Assembly: GCA_044353855.1 (NCBI GenBank)
Contig: JBILBF010000001.1
Coordinates: 642,233 to 706,232 of the forward strand
Length of the DNA stretch: 64,000 nt
Direction of reading: 5' to 3'
Source of the DNA: Bacteroidia bacterium
GTDB lineage: Bacteria; Bacteroidota; Bacteroidia; UKL13-3
Below, in pieces: positions 28,502 through 38,785 of the stretch. Made by a program: the position numbers and the translations under genes. Below the pieces are notes generated by a model. That model worked only from the letters and a program-made list of their open reading frames with translations, had not been told where the DNA came from and did no database searches. The stretch's first letter is position 1, and each line of letters opens with the position of its first letter.

Positions 28502-30637
28502 TTATCTTTTTACTGATAATACCTCAAACAAAAAATTATACTCAAACGCAACTTCTTTTAATGCAGCAAATCTTCCGGATGCACCTCCATGACCAGCTTC
28601 CATATTTGTTTTGAAAAGGAGCAGGTTATTGTCAGTTTTCATTGTTCGCAATTTAGCAACCCATTTGGCAGGTTCCCAATATTGCACTTGTGAATCATGC
28701 AACCCTGAAGTGACCAACATTGTTGGATACGCTTGTGGTTTTACTTGGTCGTAGGGCGAATACGACAACATATAATCATAATATTTTTTTTGATTGGGAT
28801 TTCCCCATTCATCATATTCATATGTTGTGAGTGGAATGCTACTATCCATCATGGTTGTAATTACATCCACAAACGGAACATCAGCAATAATAACACTATA
28901 TAAATCGGGCTGCATATTGCTAATAGCTCCCATCAAAAGCCCGCCAGCACTAACTCCCGAAGCAACCAGTTTAGATGCTGAGGTATATTTTTGTTCAATC
29001 AAAAATTGAGAACAAGCAATAAAATCTGTAAAGGTGTTTTTCTTTTTCAGGAGTTTCCCATCTTCATACCAAAATCTTCCCATTTCTTGTCCACCACGTA
29101 CATGGCAAATGGCAAATACAAAACCCCTATCCAATAAACTCAGTCGTGCTGAGCTAAAATAAGCATCCATGCTTGAACCATAACTTCCATAAGCATATTG
29201 GTATAAAGGTGCCGAACCATCATGGTTAAAACCTTTACGGTACACTAATGAGATGGGAACTTTTACCCCATCGGATGCTGTTGCATACACGCGTTCGCTT
29301 ACATAATTATTTTTATCAAATGCCCCACCCATCACTTGTTGTTCTTTTAATAATGATTTAGTATGTGAGTTCATTTCATAATCATAAGTGCTCATGGGCG
29401 TTGTGAGCGATGAATAACGGTAACGAATAACATCAGTGTCGTACTCAGGATTGTATGACGTGTATGCTGTATAAGTTGGCTCACCAAAATTCAGGTAATG
29501 TTCCTCGTTTGTGTTTCTATTTATAAAACGCATGTTCAACAATCCTTCATTTCGTTCTTCAACTACTAAATAGTTTTTGAAAATATCTACGCCTTCAAGG
29601 AACACATCATTGCGGTGTGCAATCACTTCTTTCCAATCATTTTTTGATTGATTAAATGGCGTGGTTGTTTGCATTAACCTAAAATTTTTTGCTTTCCAAT
29701 TGGTTACCATAAAAAAGTTTACTCCATCGTGCGTAAGTGAATATTCATGATTCTCTTCACGCGGCAAGAATGGTTGAAATTCGCTATTAGGTTTATCAGC
29801 ATCTAGCAATAAAATTTCTGTGCTCAACGTGCTATTAGCAATAATCTCTAAATACTTTTTGGATTTTGTTTTGCCAATGGATAATGAAAACTCTTCATCT
29901 ATTTCTTCATAAACCAACACATCTTTAGTTTGTGGAGTTCCCAAGATATGCTTGAATATTTTACGTTCCTGCAAGGTTTCAATATCCTTATCTACGTAAA
30001 ATATTGTTCTATTATCGTTTGCCCAAACAGCTTCTCCTGTTGTGTTTTCGAGCACTTCATCAAAATCTTTTCCGGTTGTTAAATCCCTAAATCGCATCTG
30101 GTACAAACGCCTGCTCACCAAATCTTCACTGTAAGCCAACAAGTTATTATCGTTGCTAATTTCCAATGAACCTAAATCGTAGTATGAATGACCTTTTGCG
30201 CGTTCGTTTTCATCCATTAAGAGTTCTTCTTTAGCATCTAAATTACCTTGCTTTCTGTAATTGATTGCATAGTCTTTTCCTTGTTCGTATTTGTTGTAAT
30301 AAAAGTAATCACCATCTTTATACGGAACGGATTCGTCATTTTCTTTCACACGAGCTTTAAGTTCATTAAACAAAGCGTCTTCGGCCTCTTTCGAATCTTT
30401 TAATACAGCTGCACAATAATCATTCTCTGCATTGAGGTAGGCAATCACTTCAGGGTTTTCTCTTTCCTTCAGCCAAAAATAATTATCGGTTCTCGTATGG
30501 CCATGTTCATTAAAGGTATGTGGCTTAATGTTGGCAACTGGAGGTGTTGGTTTATTCATATTTGGTTGGCAAGCGGTAAATGTAACCAAACTCACTATAA
30601 TCGATTGACATAAATTTTTAATGACCCATTTATTCAT
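28502..30637 (-). CDS. ptrB: S9-family prolyl oligopeptidase / oligopeptidase B (protease II), lipoprotein
   Basis: Beta-propeller N-domain plus alpha/beta hydrolase domain with nucleophile motif GVSAGGLLMG; lipobox TFTAC. Confidence 0.85.
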   Translation of the reverse strand: MNKWVIKNLCQSIIVSLVTFTACQPNMNKPTPPVANIKPHTFNEHGHTRTDNYFWLKERENPEVIAYLNAENDYCAAVLKDSKEAEDALFNELKARVKENDESVPYKDGDYFYYNKYEQGKDYAINYRKQGNLDAKEELLMDENERAKGHSYYDLGSLEISNDNNLLAYSEDLVSRRLYQMRFRDLTTGKDFDEVLENTTGEAVWANDNRTIFYVDKDIETLQERKIFKHILGTPQTKDVLVYEEIDEEFSLSIGKTKSKKYLEIIANSTLSTEILLLDADKPNSEFQPFLPREENHEYSLTHDGVNFFMVTNWKAKNFRLMQTTTPFNQSKNDWKEVIAHRNDVFLEGVDIFKNYLVVEERNEGLLNMRFINRNTNEEHYLNFGEPTYTAYTSYNPEYDTDVIRYRYSSLTTPMSTYDYEMNSHTKSLLKEQQVMGGAFDKNNYVSERVYATASDGVKVPISLVYRKGFNHDGSAPLYQYAYGSYGSSMDAYFSSARLSLLDRGFVFAICHVRGGQEMGRFWYEDGKLLKKKNTFTDFIACSQFLIEQKYTSASKLVASGVSAGGLLMGAISNMQPDLYSVIIADVPFVDVITTMMDSSIPLTTYEYDEWGNPNQKKYYDYMLSYSPYDQVKPQAYPTMLVTSGLHDSQVQYWEPAKWVAKLRTMKTDNNLLLFKTNMEAGHGGASGRFAALKEVAFEYNFLFEVLSVKR

Positions 30638-30696
30638 TGGGCAATATTATACGCTTTGATGAGTTGGCAAAATAAAATTTGTTGAGTGGCAAACTA

Positions 30697-31209
30697 TCAT
30701 CTTTTCTTCCAAATAGGAACATTGCTACAAGCTTCGCCATACATAATGCTTTTAACATAAGGAGAAAGTTTATGGGTAATCTCAACGTAAGCACTTATTG
30801 GAACTGGCACATCACTGCATCCTTTTATGATAACTCGTGTATCGCTAAAAGAAGCATAATCTACTTTAGCTAAAGCATCTTGATACAAAATGGTTTCAAG
30901 TGCAGTTAAATCACCAAATACATATCGATTGGCAAAAGGTTCAATATTCACGGCTAAAAGCATATAAGCCCAAGTGGGGATAATGGCATCTGTTGAACAC
31001 ATAAATGCTATATTCTTACTTGTGTATTGTTGCCAATCATGATTTTTAATGTGCTCCCGAAAGTCTTTCTCTTTGAGAATCATTTCCCGAAAAAGCCAAT
31101 CTTTTATATCCAATAAAACACGTTCGCCTTTATGAAAGTAATCTTCCAAATTCAAGGTAATCAATCCACTATTGGCAATTTTATTTTCTATTGGTTCAAT
31201 GTTTTCCAT
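30697..31209 (-). CDS. conserved hypothetical protein (possibly DUF2480 family)
   Basis: 170-aa ORF with no recognisable motifs; good coding periodicity; in operon position downstream of glyQS. Confidence 0.5.
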   Translation of the reverse strand: MENIEPIENKIANSGLITLNLEDYFHKGERVLLDIKDWLFREMILKEKDFREHIKNHDWQQYTSKNIAFMCSTDAIIPTWAYMLLAVNIEPFANRYVFGDLTALETILYQDALAKVDYASFSDTRVIIKGCSDVPVPISAYVEITHKLSPYVKSIMYGEACSNVPIWKKR

Positions 31210-31340
31210 ATTGTATTATTTCCAGCAGATTTCGCTTATAACACTGATTGTCTCATGTTTTCTAACAGTTTGATAAACACATACTAATTGATTTTGTTCC
31301 ATCCAGAACATCTTTCTGCCAGAATCTAATTGTAACTGTG

Positions 31341-32807
31341 TTACGCTAGCAACTTTTTCCAACTGATTTCCTCCGATAAAATTTCCCTTATCTTTTCTAT
31401 CGATATGCGTTCTTGTTTCATAGTATCACGATAGCGAATAGTGACAGTTTGGTTCTCTAAACTTTCATGATCAATGGTAATGCAAAAAGGCGTTCCCAAA
31501 GCATCTTGCCTGCGGTAGCGTTTTCCAATTGCATCTTTTTCTTCATAAAAACAAGTGTAATCTAATTTTAAATCATTCATTAATTGACGAGCTACTTCAG
31601 GTAATCCATCTTTTTTGGTTAGCGGAAATATGGCTATTTTAAAAGGAGCTAAAATGGGTGGTAATGAAAGTACAACTCTTGTGTCTTTTCCATCTTCACC
31701 TACAATTTCTTCTTTATAACTGGCACATAATACGGCCAAAAACAATCGGTCTAAACCAATCGATGTTTCAATTACATACGGAATATAATTTCCATATGGT
31801 TTTCCATTTTCATCTAAATCTGCATCAAAGTATTGCAGTTTTTTTCCAGAAAGTTCTTGATGATTCTTTAAATCAAAATCAGTGCGAGAATGGATACCTT
31901 CCATTTCTTTAAAACCAAAAGGGTAATTAAACTCAATATCAACAGCAGCATCGGCATAATGTGCAAGTTTTACATGGTCATGAAAACGGTAATTTGAATC
32001 GCCTAACCCTAATTTTTTATGCCAAATTAATCGTGCTTCTTTCCAATATTCATACCATTTTTTTTGTGTGCCTGGACGAATAAAAAACTGCATTTCCATT
32101 TGTTCAAACTCTCTCATTCGCATAATAAACTGACGAGCTATAATTTCGTTGCGAAAGGCCTTGCCAGTTTGTGCTATACCAAACGGAATTTTCATTCTGC
32201 CTGATTTTTGTACGTTTAAAAAATTAACAAAAATTCCTTGTGCTGTTTCAGGTCGAAGATAAATTTTATCCGCATCTTCGGCCATTGCTCCCATTTCGGT
32301 ACTAAACATTAAATTAAATTGACGAACGTCTGTCCAGTTGCGTGTGCCACTTATTGGACAAGCAATATCATGTTGTTCAATTAATGTTTTAAGTTGAATA
32401 AGGTTATTGTCAACTAATGCTTTATCTAATGCTGTTTGTAGTTCTTCGGCTTTGGTAGTTTTGCCATCTTTTTCATACCGTGTAATTTTATCTTCCAGCA
32501 ATTGATCTGCACGATATCTTTTTTTACTGTCTTTGTTGTCAATCATGGGATCGCTGAAACCATCTATATGCCCACTTGCTTTCCATGTTTTAGGATGCAT
32601 AAAAATAGCCGCATCTAATCCAACAATGTTTTCATGCATTTGCACCATAGCTTTCCACCAATACTGGCGTAAGTTATTTTTAAGTTCAACTCCGTTTTGT
32701 CCATAATCATAAACAGCCCCCAAGCCATCATAAATTTCACTAGATGGAAAAACAAAACCATACTCTTTGGAATGGCTCACTACTTTTTTAAAAATTTCTT
32801 CACTCAT
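31341..32807 (-). CDS. glyQS: glycine--tRNA ligase (homodimeric class II type)
   Basis: N-terminal KEYGFVFPSSEIYDGLGAVYDYGQNGVELKNN, class II motifs and anticodon-binding C-terminus; 488 aa. Confidence 0.9.
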   Translation of the reverse strand: MSEEIFKKVVSHSKEYGFVFPSSEIYDGLGAVYDYGQNGVELKNNLRQYWWKAMVQMHENIVGLDAAIFMHPKTWKASGHIDGFSDPMIDNKDSKKRYRADQLLEDKITRYEKDGKTTKAEELQTALDKALVDNNLIQLKTLIEQHDIACPISGTRNWTDVRQFNLMFSTEMGAMAEDADKIYLRPETAQGIFVNFLNVQKSGRMKIPFGIAQTGKAFRNEIIARQFIMRMREFEQMEMQFFIRPGTQKKWYEYWKEARLIWHKKLGLGDSNYRFHDHVKLAHYADAAVDIEFNYPFGFKEMEGIHSRTDFDLKNHQELSGKKLQYFDADLDENGKPYGNYIPYVIETSIGLDRLFLAVLCASYKEEIVGEDGKDTRVVLSLPPILAPFKIAIFPLTKKDGLPEVARQLMNDLKLDYTCFYEEKDAIGKRYRRQDALGTPFCITIDHESLENQTVTIRYRDTMKQERISIEKIREILSEEISWKKLLA

Positions 32808-33059
32808 ATCTTTCGCGAATATAAAAATATTTGTAGTGATTAAGGAATTAGTTGGTTCTGTATGGAGGATATATTTGCTGTTAGACTAAATTAATAATTA
32901 GAAAAATTGAAAACCAACACGAAATATATTTTAAAGTGTTTAATATCTATACGTTACATTTATGAGTGTTTCCATGCGTTTATTGAATATAACCTTATTC
33001 ACTCTTCATGCATAACTTGTTTTGATTTTAGCTAAGGATTGTGTTTAACTTGCAGTTGT

Positions 33060-34355
33060 TTGATACTTATTTATAGCCTACATATTGACTCCCCTCGATT
33101 GCAGTATATTTTGCATGAGCTTTTTACACGTAGATTAGGTGTTGTGTATTCCTTAACGGGTGATCTTAATTCCTTTAAAAACCATGTTGGCCCTAAGATT
33201 AATTATAGTCATCAATCAATTGATGATTGTTTGCATATAAAGCCACATGAGTTGTTGTTTGACCAAAACATTAGTATTTATAATGTGAATGTAAATCATA
33301 ACAATGAATGGGATACATTCATTTGGGAGCAAAATGGAGATGTTCCATTTGAATTGTTTGCAGCTTCTTTTTATTTATTGAGCCGATATGAAGAATATTT
33401 ACCTCATAAAGTGGATGAACATAATCGATTTGACCATGAACAAAGTTTGGCTGTACAGTATGGATTTATTGAAACACCCTTGATCGATAAATGGGCAATT
33501 AAACTGAAGATTTTGTTAGAAAATAAATTTGGCCCTATTCCATCTCAACCGCCTTCATATCAATTTATCTCAACTTTTGATATTGATACAGCTTATTTAT
33601 ATAAAGGTCTTGAGTATGGTAAACAACTTAAGAAAACGATTAAATCTGCAAGTTTAATGCGCTTTGGAAAGCTTGCTGAACAATTGCAGGTTATGAATAA
33701 TAAGATTGACGATCCCTATGATACCTATGATTATATCCAACATATAGCAAAGCAAACACCTATTTTGTATTTTGTTCACTGTGGTGGAGATTCTGAATAT
33801 GATGAATCTATTTCTTTAGAAACGATAGAAATGCAACATCTTTTGGCGAATCTTTCTAAACAATCTGCTATCGGTATTCATCCTTCTTATAATTCATTTA
33901 ACAATAGCGAAATTATATCCACTGAAAAGCAAAAACTAGAAAAAGTGTTGTCTAAAAAGATTACCCAAAGCAGGCAACATTTTTTACGTTTTCAGTTACC
34001 ACAAACAATGAAATTACTTATTGAATGTGGTATTACAGAGGACTATTCTATGGCTTATAGCGGTGTTTCAGGCTTCAGAGCATCAACAGCTCATCCTTTT
34101 TTATTTTTTGATTTAGAACAAAATGTATGCACATCACTTTTATTATACCCAACTACAATAATGGATGTTACTCTTCGACATAATATGAATCTTACCATCT
34201 CATCAGCAATAAACAAAGCTGAGCAATTAATTCAAGAAGTGAAGCAAGTAAATGGATTATTTATTAATCTTTGGCATAACAGTAGCTTTAGTCATACCGA
34301 TGAATGGTATGATTGGCGCGAAGTGTTTGAGAAAATATATATTTTAGGCAGATGA
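33060..34355 (+). CDS. hypothetical protein, possibly polysaccharide-deacetylase-like (start probably TTG at 33060)
   Basis: 431-aa ORF conserved-looking throughout; 4-bp overlap with the downstream FemAB/GNAT-like gene; family assignment tentative. Confidence 0.5.
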   Translation: MILIYSLHIDSPRLQYILHELFTRRLGVVYSLTGDLNSFKNHVGPKINYSHQSIDDCLHIKPHELLFDQNISIYNVNVNHNNEWDTFIWEQNGDVPFELFAASFYLLSRYEEYLPHKVDEHNRFDHEQSLAVQYGFIETPLIDKWAIKLKILLENKFGPIPSQPPSYQFISTFDIDTAYLYKGLEYGKQLKKTIKSASLMRFGKLAEQLQVMNNKIDDPYDTYDYIQHIAKQTPILYFVHCGGDSEYDESISLETIEMQHLLANLSKQSAIGIHPSYNSFNNSEIISTEKQKLEKVLSKKITQSRQHFLRFQLPQTMKLLIECGITEDYSMAYSGVSGFRASTAHPFLFFDLEQNVCTSLLLYPTTIMDVTLRHNMNLTISSAINKAEQLIQEVKQVNGLFINLWHNSSFSHTDEWYDWREVFEKIYILGR

Positions 34356-35260
34356 TAAAGTATGTAACACACCATGAAATTGATAAAACGAAGTGGGATA
34401 TATGTATTGAACAATCAGCTAATAGTTTGGTCTATGGATATAGCTGGTATTTAGATATTGTTGCCCCTCAATGGCATGCTTTAATACTTAATAACTATGA
34501 AGCAGTAATGCCACTTACAGCTAATCGCAAACTATTTATAAATTACCTGTATCAGCCTTTTTTTACCCAACAACTAGGGGTGTTTTATACGCCCTTTTTT
34601 ACACAAGACTTGATTCATGATTTTATCGATGCAATTCCTAGTAAATATAAATTTATTGATATAAATATTAATGATCAAAACGAAATAGAAAGTACAAAGT
34701 ATAACATTAAAAAACGTAAGAATTTTGTACTAGACTTAAATTATACTTATGATCATTTACATAAACATTTTGATGATCATTGTAAACGAAATATTAAAAA
34801 AGCAAAAAAAGAAACCTATTCAATCCAAGTATTAGATCCTGCTTTAGCAGTTGCATTTTACCAAAAGCATAAGGCACAAAATACAGCAAATATACTAGTC
34901 AAAGATTATCAAAATCTGTTACAGCTATTGCTTAAGGCAAACGAAAAAAAATTCTTGCTGAGTCGAGGTGTTTTTACAGAAAATAATGAGCTAATTGCTG
35001 TAAGTGTTTTCATTATGCAACGCGGACGGATCATCTATCTATTGGGAGGTGCAAATGAAATTGGGAGGGAAAGGAGAGCTATGTATCGGTTGTTTGACGA
35101 TTTGATTCATCAGTTTAGTTGTCACGCCTTCATTTTGGATTTTGAGGGTTCCGAAATACAAGGCATTGCTCGCTTTTTTAAAGGATTTGGAGCAAAAAAG
35201 CAACCCTATTTTAAATTACAAATAAACAGACTACCTTGGTTTATGAAATGGCTCAAATGA
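34352..35260 (+). CDS. GNAT-fold acyltransferase, FemAB-like family
   Basis: N-terminal HEIDKTKWDICIEQSANSLVYGYSWYLDIVAPQWHALILNNYEAVMPL pattern typical of Bacteroidota FemAB-like GNAT proteins. Confidence 0.6.
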   Translation: MIKYVTHHEIDKTKWDICIEQSANSLVYGYSWYLDIVAPQWHALILNNYEAVMPLTANRKLFINYLYQPFFTQQLGVFYTPFFTQDLIHDFIDAIPSKYKFIDININDQNEIESTKYNIKKRKNFVLDLNYTYDHLHKHFDDHCKRNIKKAKKETYSIQVLDPALAVAFYQKHKAQNTANILVKDYQNLLQLLLKANEKKFLLSRGVFTENNELIAVSVFIMQRGRIIYLLGGANEIGRERRAMYRLFDDLIHQFSCHAFILDFEGSEIQGIARFFKGFGAKKQPYFKLQINRLPWFMKWLK

Positions 35261-35265
35261 TAAGA

Positions 35266-35296
35266 AATAAATTTTTATTTCTTATCATTTGAGCCA
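35266..35296 (+). terminator. terminator hairpin (13-bp perfect stem gataagaaataaa/tttatttcttatc)
   Basis: Direct reading; AT-rich stem immediately after the stop codon. Confidence 0.55.
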
Positions 35297-35367
35297 TCTT
35301 GCCAATGCTCTTATCCTAATAATATAATATTAACTTAGGGAATCATTTAGTTGAATTAATAGAAATC

Positions 35368-36240
35368 ATGAAAATCGCAGCCATAGATATTGGATCAAAT
35401 GCTATACGTCTTCAAATAGCTAGAGTAACAAATGAAATTGGAGAAGAACCTTTTAAAAAAGTTGAATTTGTACGCATTCCCATTCGACTTGGTGATGATG
35501 CATTTACAGATGGAAAAATAAGCAAAGAAAAACGTGAAATTTTTTATAAAGCCATTCATTCATTTGCTTTGTTAATGGATGTGTATGAGGTTGAAAGTTA
35601 TATGGCATGTGCAACCTCTGCTCTACGAGAAGCTAAAAATGGAAACAGGATCGTTGAAAGAGTTTTTGAAAAATCGGGATTAAAAATTGAAATCATTAAC
35701 GGTAAACGTGAATCAGAATTAATTTTAAAATCAATTAAACAACATTTAGAACCTGGTAAAAGTTATTTAACCATTGACGTTGGTGGAGGGAGTACTGAAA
35801 TGACAGTAATCAAAAATAAAAAAGCATATGATTCTGTTTCATTTGATGTAGGAACAATTAGATTATTAGATAATGCTGTAAAGAAAAATACGTGGGACCA
35901 AATTGAAGCTTATGTTAAAGGACATGTTAAAGATTTTAAAAATGCCGAAGCAATAGCTACCAGTGGCACTATAAATAAGATTGCAATGATTATCAATCCT
36001 TCAACCGATCCACATATCACTACAGATCAATTAGATTATTTTTACAAGGATGTTAAAAAACTAAGTATGATTGAACGAATTGAGAAATATAAATTAAATC
36101 CTGATAGAGCGGATGTAATTGCACCATCAGCAAGTATTTATCTTAAAATATTAGGTTGGGGAAATATTGATAAAATGCATGCACCTAGTGCTGGACTTAA
36201 AGATGGTATTTTATATGAGCTTCTTGAAAAAATTAAATAG
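35368..36240 (+). CDS. ppx: Ppx/GppA-family phosphatase (exopolyphosphatase / guanosine pentaphosphatase N-domain)
   Basis: MKIAAIDIGSNAIRLQIARV actin-like ATPase motif and DVGGGSTE. Confidence 0.8.
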   Translation: MKIAAIDIGSNAIRLQIARVTNEIGEEPFKKVEFVRIPIRLGDDAFTDGKISKEKREIFYKAIHSFALLMDVYEVESYMACATSALREAKNGNRIVERVFEKSGLKIEIINGKRESELILKSIKQHLEPGKSYLTIDVGGGSTEMTVIKNKKAYDSVSFDVGTIRLLDNAVKKNTWDQIEAYVKGHVKDFKNAEAIATSGTINKIAMIINPSTDPHITTDQLDYFYKDVKKLSMIERIEKYKLNPDRADVIAPSASIYLKILGWGNIDKMHAPSAGLKDGILYELLEKIK

Positions 36241-36984
36241 ATGCGATACGTTATTCAATTAGCTTATAAAGGAACAAACTACCATGGCTGGCAAAAACAA
36301 CATAATGCAGTGAGTGTGCAAAGTATATTGGACGAAAAAATTTCTTTATTACAAGGTGAAAATATTGAAACGCTTGGTTGCGGTCGAACAGATACAGGGG
36401 TTCATGCTAAAAATTTTTACGCACATTTTGATTCAACAAAAATAATAACCCCCGATATTTTTGTTCACAAAATCAATCAACTATTACCCAACGATATTGT
36501 AGTTTTTGAAGTATTACATGTTGCTGATGATTTTAATGCTCGTTTTGATGCGGTAAGCAGAACATATGAATATTGGATTATTCAAAAGCAAAATCCTTTT
36601 TTAATTGGACTCTCATTATATCAATATAGGCCATTAGATATTGAACGAATGAACATCGCTGCAGAATCATTAATTGGGACTAAAAACTTTGAATGTTTTA
36701 GTAGAGTTCAAACACAGGTAAATAATTTTATATGTACTATTGAATATGCTCAATGGACAATTGAAGATGACAAATTAATTTTTACCATTAGAGCCAATCG
36801 TTTTTTGCGAAGTATGGTTCGAGCAATCGTTGGAAGTTTACTTGAAATTGGTAAAGGCAAACTTCCTACAACTAATATTCAGTATATTATCGATAGTAAA
36901 AAAAGAAGTGAAGCAGGCCAATCAGCTCCTGCAAAAGGGTTATATCTAACTCAAATTGAATACCCCAACCTGCCTCTTAAATAA
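36241..36984 (+). CDS. truA: tRNA pseudouridine(38-40) synthase
   Basis: LGCGRTDTGVHA catalytic Asp motif; 247 aa. Confidence 0.9.
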   Translation: MRYVIQLAYKGTNYHGWQKQHNAVSVQSILDEKISLLQGENIETLGCGRTDTGVHAKNFYAHFDSTKIITPDIFVHKINQLLPNDIVVFEVLHVADDFNARFDAVSRTYEYWIIQKQNPFLIGLSLYQYRPLDIERMNIAAESLIGTKNFECFSRVQTQVNNFICTIEYAQWTIEDDKLIFTIRANRFLRSMVRAIVGSLLEIGKGKLPTTNIQYIIDSKKRSEAGQSAPAKGLYLTQIEYPNLPLK

Positions 36985-37002
36985 TTTACATGTAATCAAC
37001 TT

Positions 37003-38778
37003 ATGTCGGGAAGCATTCAGCCAAAAAACACAACAGGATCAGCGTTTAAATTGAGTTTGCTTAGGCGTGTATATGCTCTAGCTAAACCTTATCGAACCAA
37101 ACTGTTTACGGCTATTGCACTAACCTTATGTATGTCGTTTTTAGGCCCATTCCGTCCATTTCTTATTCAATACACGCTTGATAATAATGTTGCCAAAGGG
37201 GATATGAAAGGGCTTGTATCAATGAGTATACTTATTTTTGGTTTGTTGTTATTACAGTCTTTGTTTCAAGTATGGAGTACTATTTTCACCAATTTTTTAG
37301 GTCAAAGTGTTATCAAAGATTTACGTATTCAAGTGTATACATACCTTACAGGTTTAAAGTTGAAATTTTATGATAAAACACCTGTTGGAACGTTGGTTAC
37401 CCGTTCGATCTCTGATATTGAAACGATTGCTGATGTTTTTAGTGAAGGGCTTATCAATATCACAGGGGATTTGTTGCAGATTGTATTCATTCTAATATTA
37501 ATGTTTTATACCGATTGGCGTTTAACCTTAATTAGTTTATCTGTATTGCCAGTTCTTTTATACGCTGGTTATTTGTTTAAAGAAGCGGTACGTAAATCTT
37601 TTGAAGCTGTTAGAAATGAAGTTGCCAGACTCAATACATTTGTACAAGAGCATATTCAAGGAATGCAAATTGTACAACTATTTAATAGAGAAGAAAAAGA
37701 GTTAGATAGCTTTAAAGAAATAAATCGTACTCATAGAGATGCTAATATTCGTTCCGTATTTTATTATTCTGTATTTTTTCCTATAGTAGAAATGGTTGCT
37801 GCGGTTTCAACTGCTTTGATTCTTTGGTATGGAGCTAAAGAAGTTATTTGGGAAACTACTACCATAGGTATATTAATTGCATTTATCATGTATGTAAATT
37901 TGTTTTTTAGACCTATACGTCAGTTAGCGGATAGATTCAATACTCTGCAAATGGGCATGGTTTCGGCCGAAAGGATCTTTAAATTAATTGATACTGAACA
38001 AAATTTAGAACCAAGTGGAACAAATCCTTTGGATGATATTATTGGCACTATTGAATTTAAAAATGTATGGTTTGGATATGCCAAAGATGAATATGTTCTG
38101 AAAAATATTAATATCAAAGTAGATGAAGGTAAAATTATAGCTCTTGTAGGCGCCACTGGAGCTGGAAAATCTTCTATTATCAATTTAATTAGTCGGTTTT
38201 ATGAAATCGATAAAGGGACTATTTATGTTGATGGATTAGATTTATACACTTTGAACATAAAAGATGTTCGCAAACATATATCCGTTGTATTGCAAGATGT
38301 TTTTTTATTTAGTGGTAGTGTCATGCAAAACATTAAACTATTTAATCAAAGTTGTTCGGATGAGCAAGTAATAGCTACTGCTAAACTTTTAGGAGCACAT
38401 TCATTTATTTCAGCTTTGCCTAATGGATATAATCAAGAGGTGCATGAACGAGGTGCTACTTTATCTGTTGGCCAACGTCAGCTTATATCATTTGTTAGAG
38501 CAATGGTTAATAACCCCAAAGTGCTTATTTTGGATGAAGCAACTTCATCTGTTGATAATGAAACAGAAGAGCTGATACAACAAGCTATTGGTAAAATGAT
38601 GAAAGGCAGAACATCAATTGTGATTGCACATAGGCTTTCAACTATTCAATATGCAAATGAAATTGTGGTGCTTGATAAAGGTGAAATAGTAGAACGGGGA
38701 ACCCATGCTCAACTCATATCTTTAAATAAGGTTTATAAACAACTATATGAATTGCAGTTTGCCGAATCGATAGGTTAA
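37003..38778 (+). CDS. ABC transporter ATP-binding/permease fusion (MsbA-like exporter)
   Basis: 6 TM helices + NBD with Walker A GATGAGKSS, signature LSVGQRQ, Walker B ILILDEATS. Confidence 0.85.
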   Translation: MSGSIQPKNTTGSAFKLSLLRRVYALAKPYRTKLFTAIALTLCMSFLGPFRPFLIQYTLDNNVAKGDMKGLVSMSILIFGLLLLQSLFQVWSTIFTNFLGQSVIKDLRIQVYTYLTGLKLKFYDKTPVGTLVTRSISDIETIADVFSEGLINITGDLLQIVFILILMFYTDWRLTLISLSVLPVLLYAGYLFKEAVRKSFEAVRNEVARLNTFVQEHIQGMQIVQLFNREEKELDSFKEINRTHRDANIRSVFYYSVFFPIVEMVAAVSTALILWYGAKEVIWETTTIGILIAFIMYVNLFFRPIRQLADRFNTLQMGMVSAERIFKLIDTEQNLEPSGTNPLDDIIGTIEFKNVWFGYAKDEYVLKNINIKVDEGKIIALVGATGAGKSSIINLISRFYEIDKGTIYVDGLDLYTLNIKDVRKHISVVLQDVFLFSGSVMQNIKLFNQSCSDEQVIATAKLLGAHSFISALPNGYNQEVHERGATLSVGQRQLISFVRAMVNNPKVLILDEATSSVDNETEELIQQAIGKMMKGRTSIVIAHRLSTIQYANEIVVLDKGEIVERGTHAQLISLNKVYKQLYELQFAESIG

Positions 38779-38785
38779 TAATATA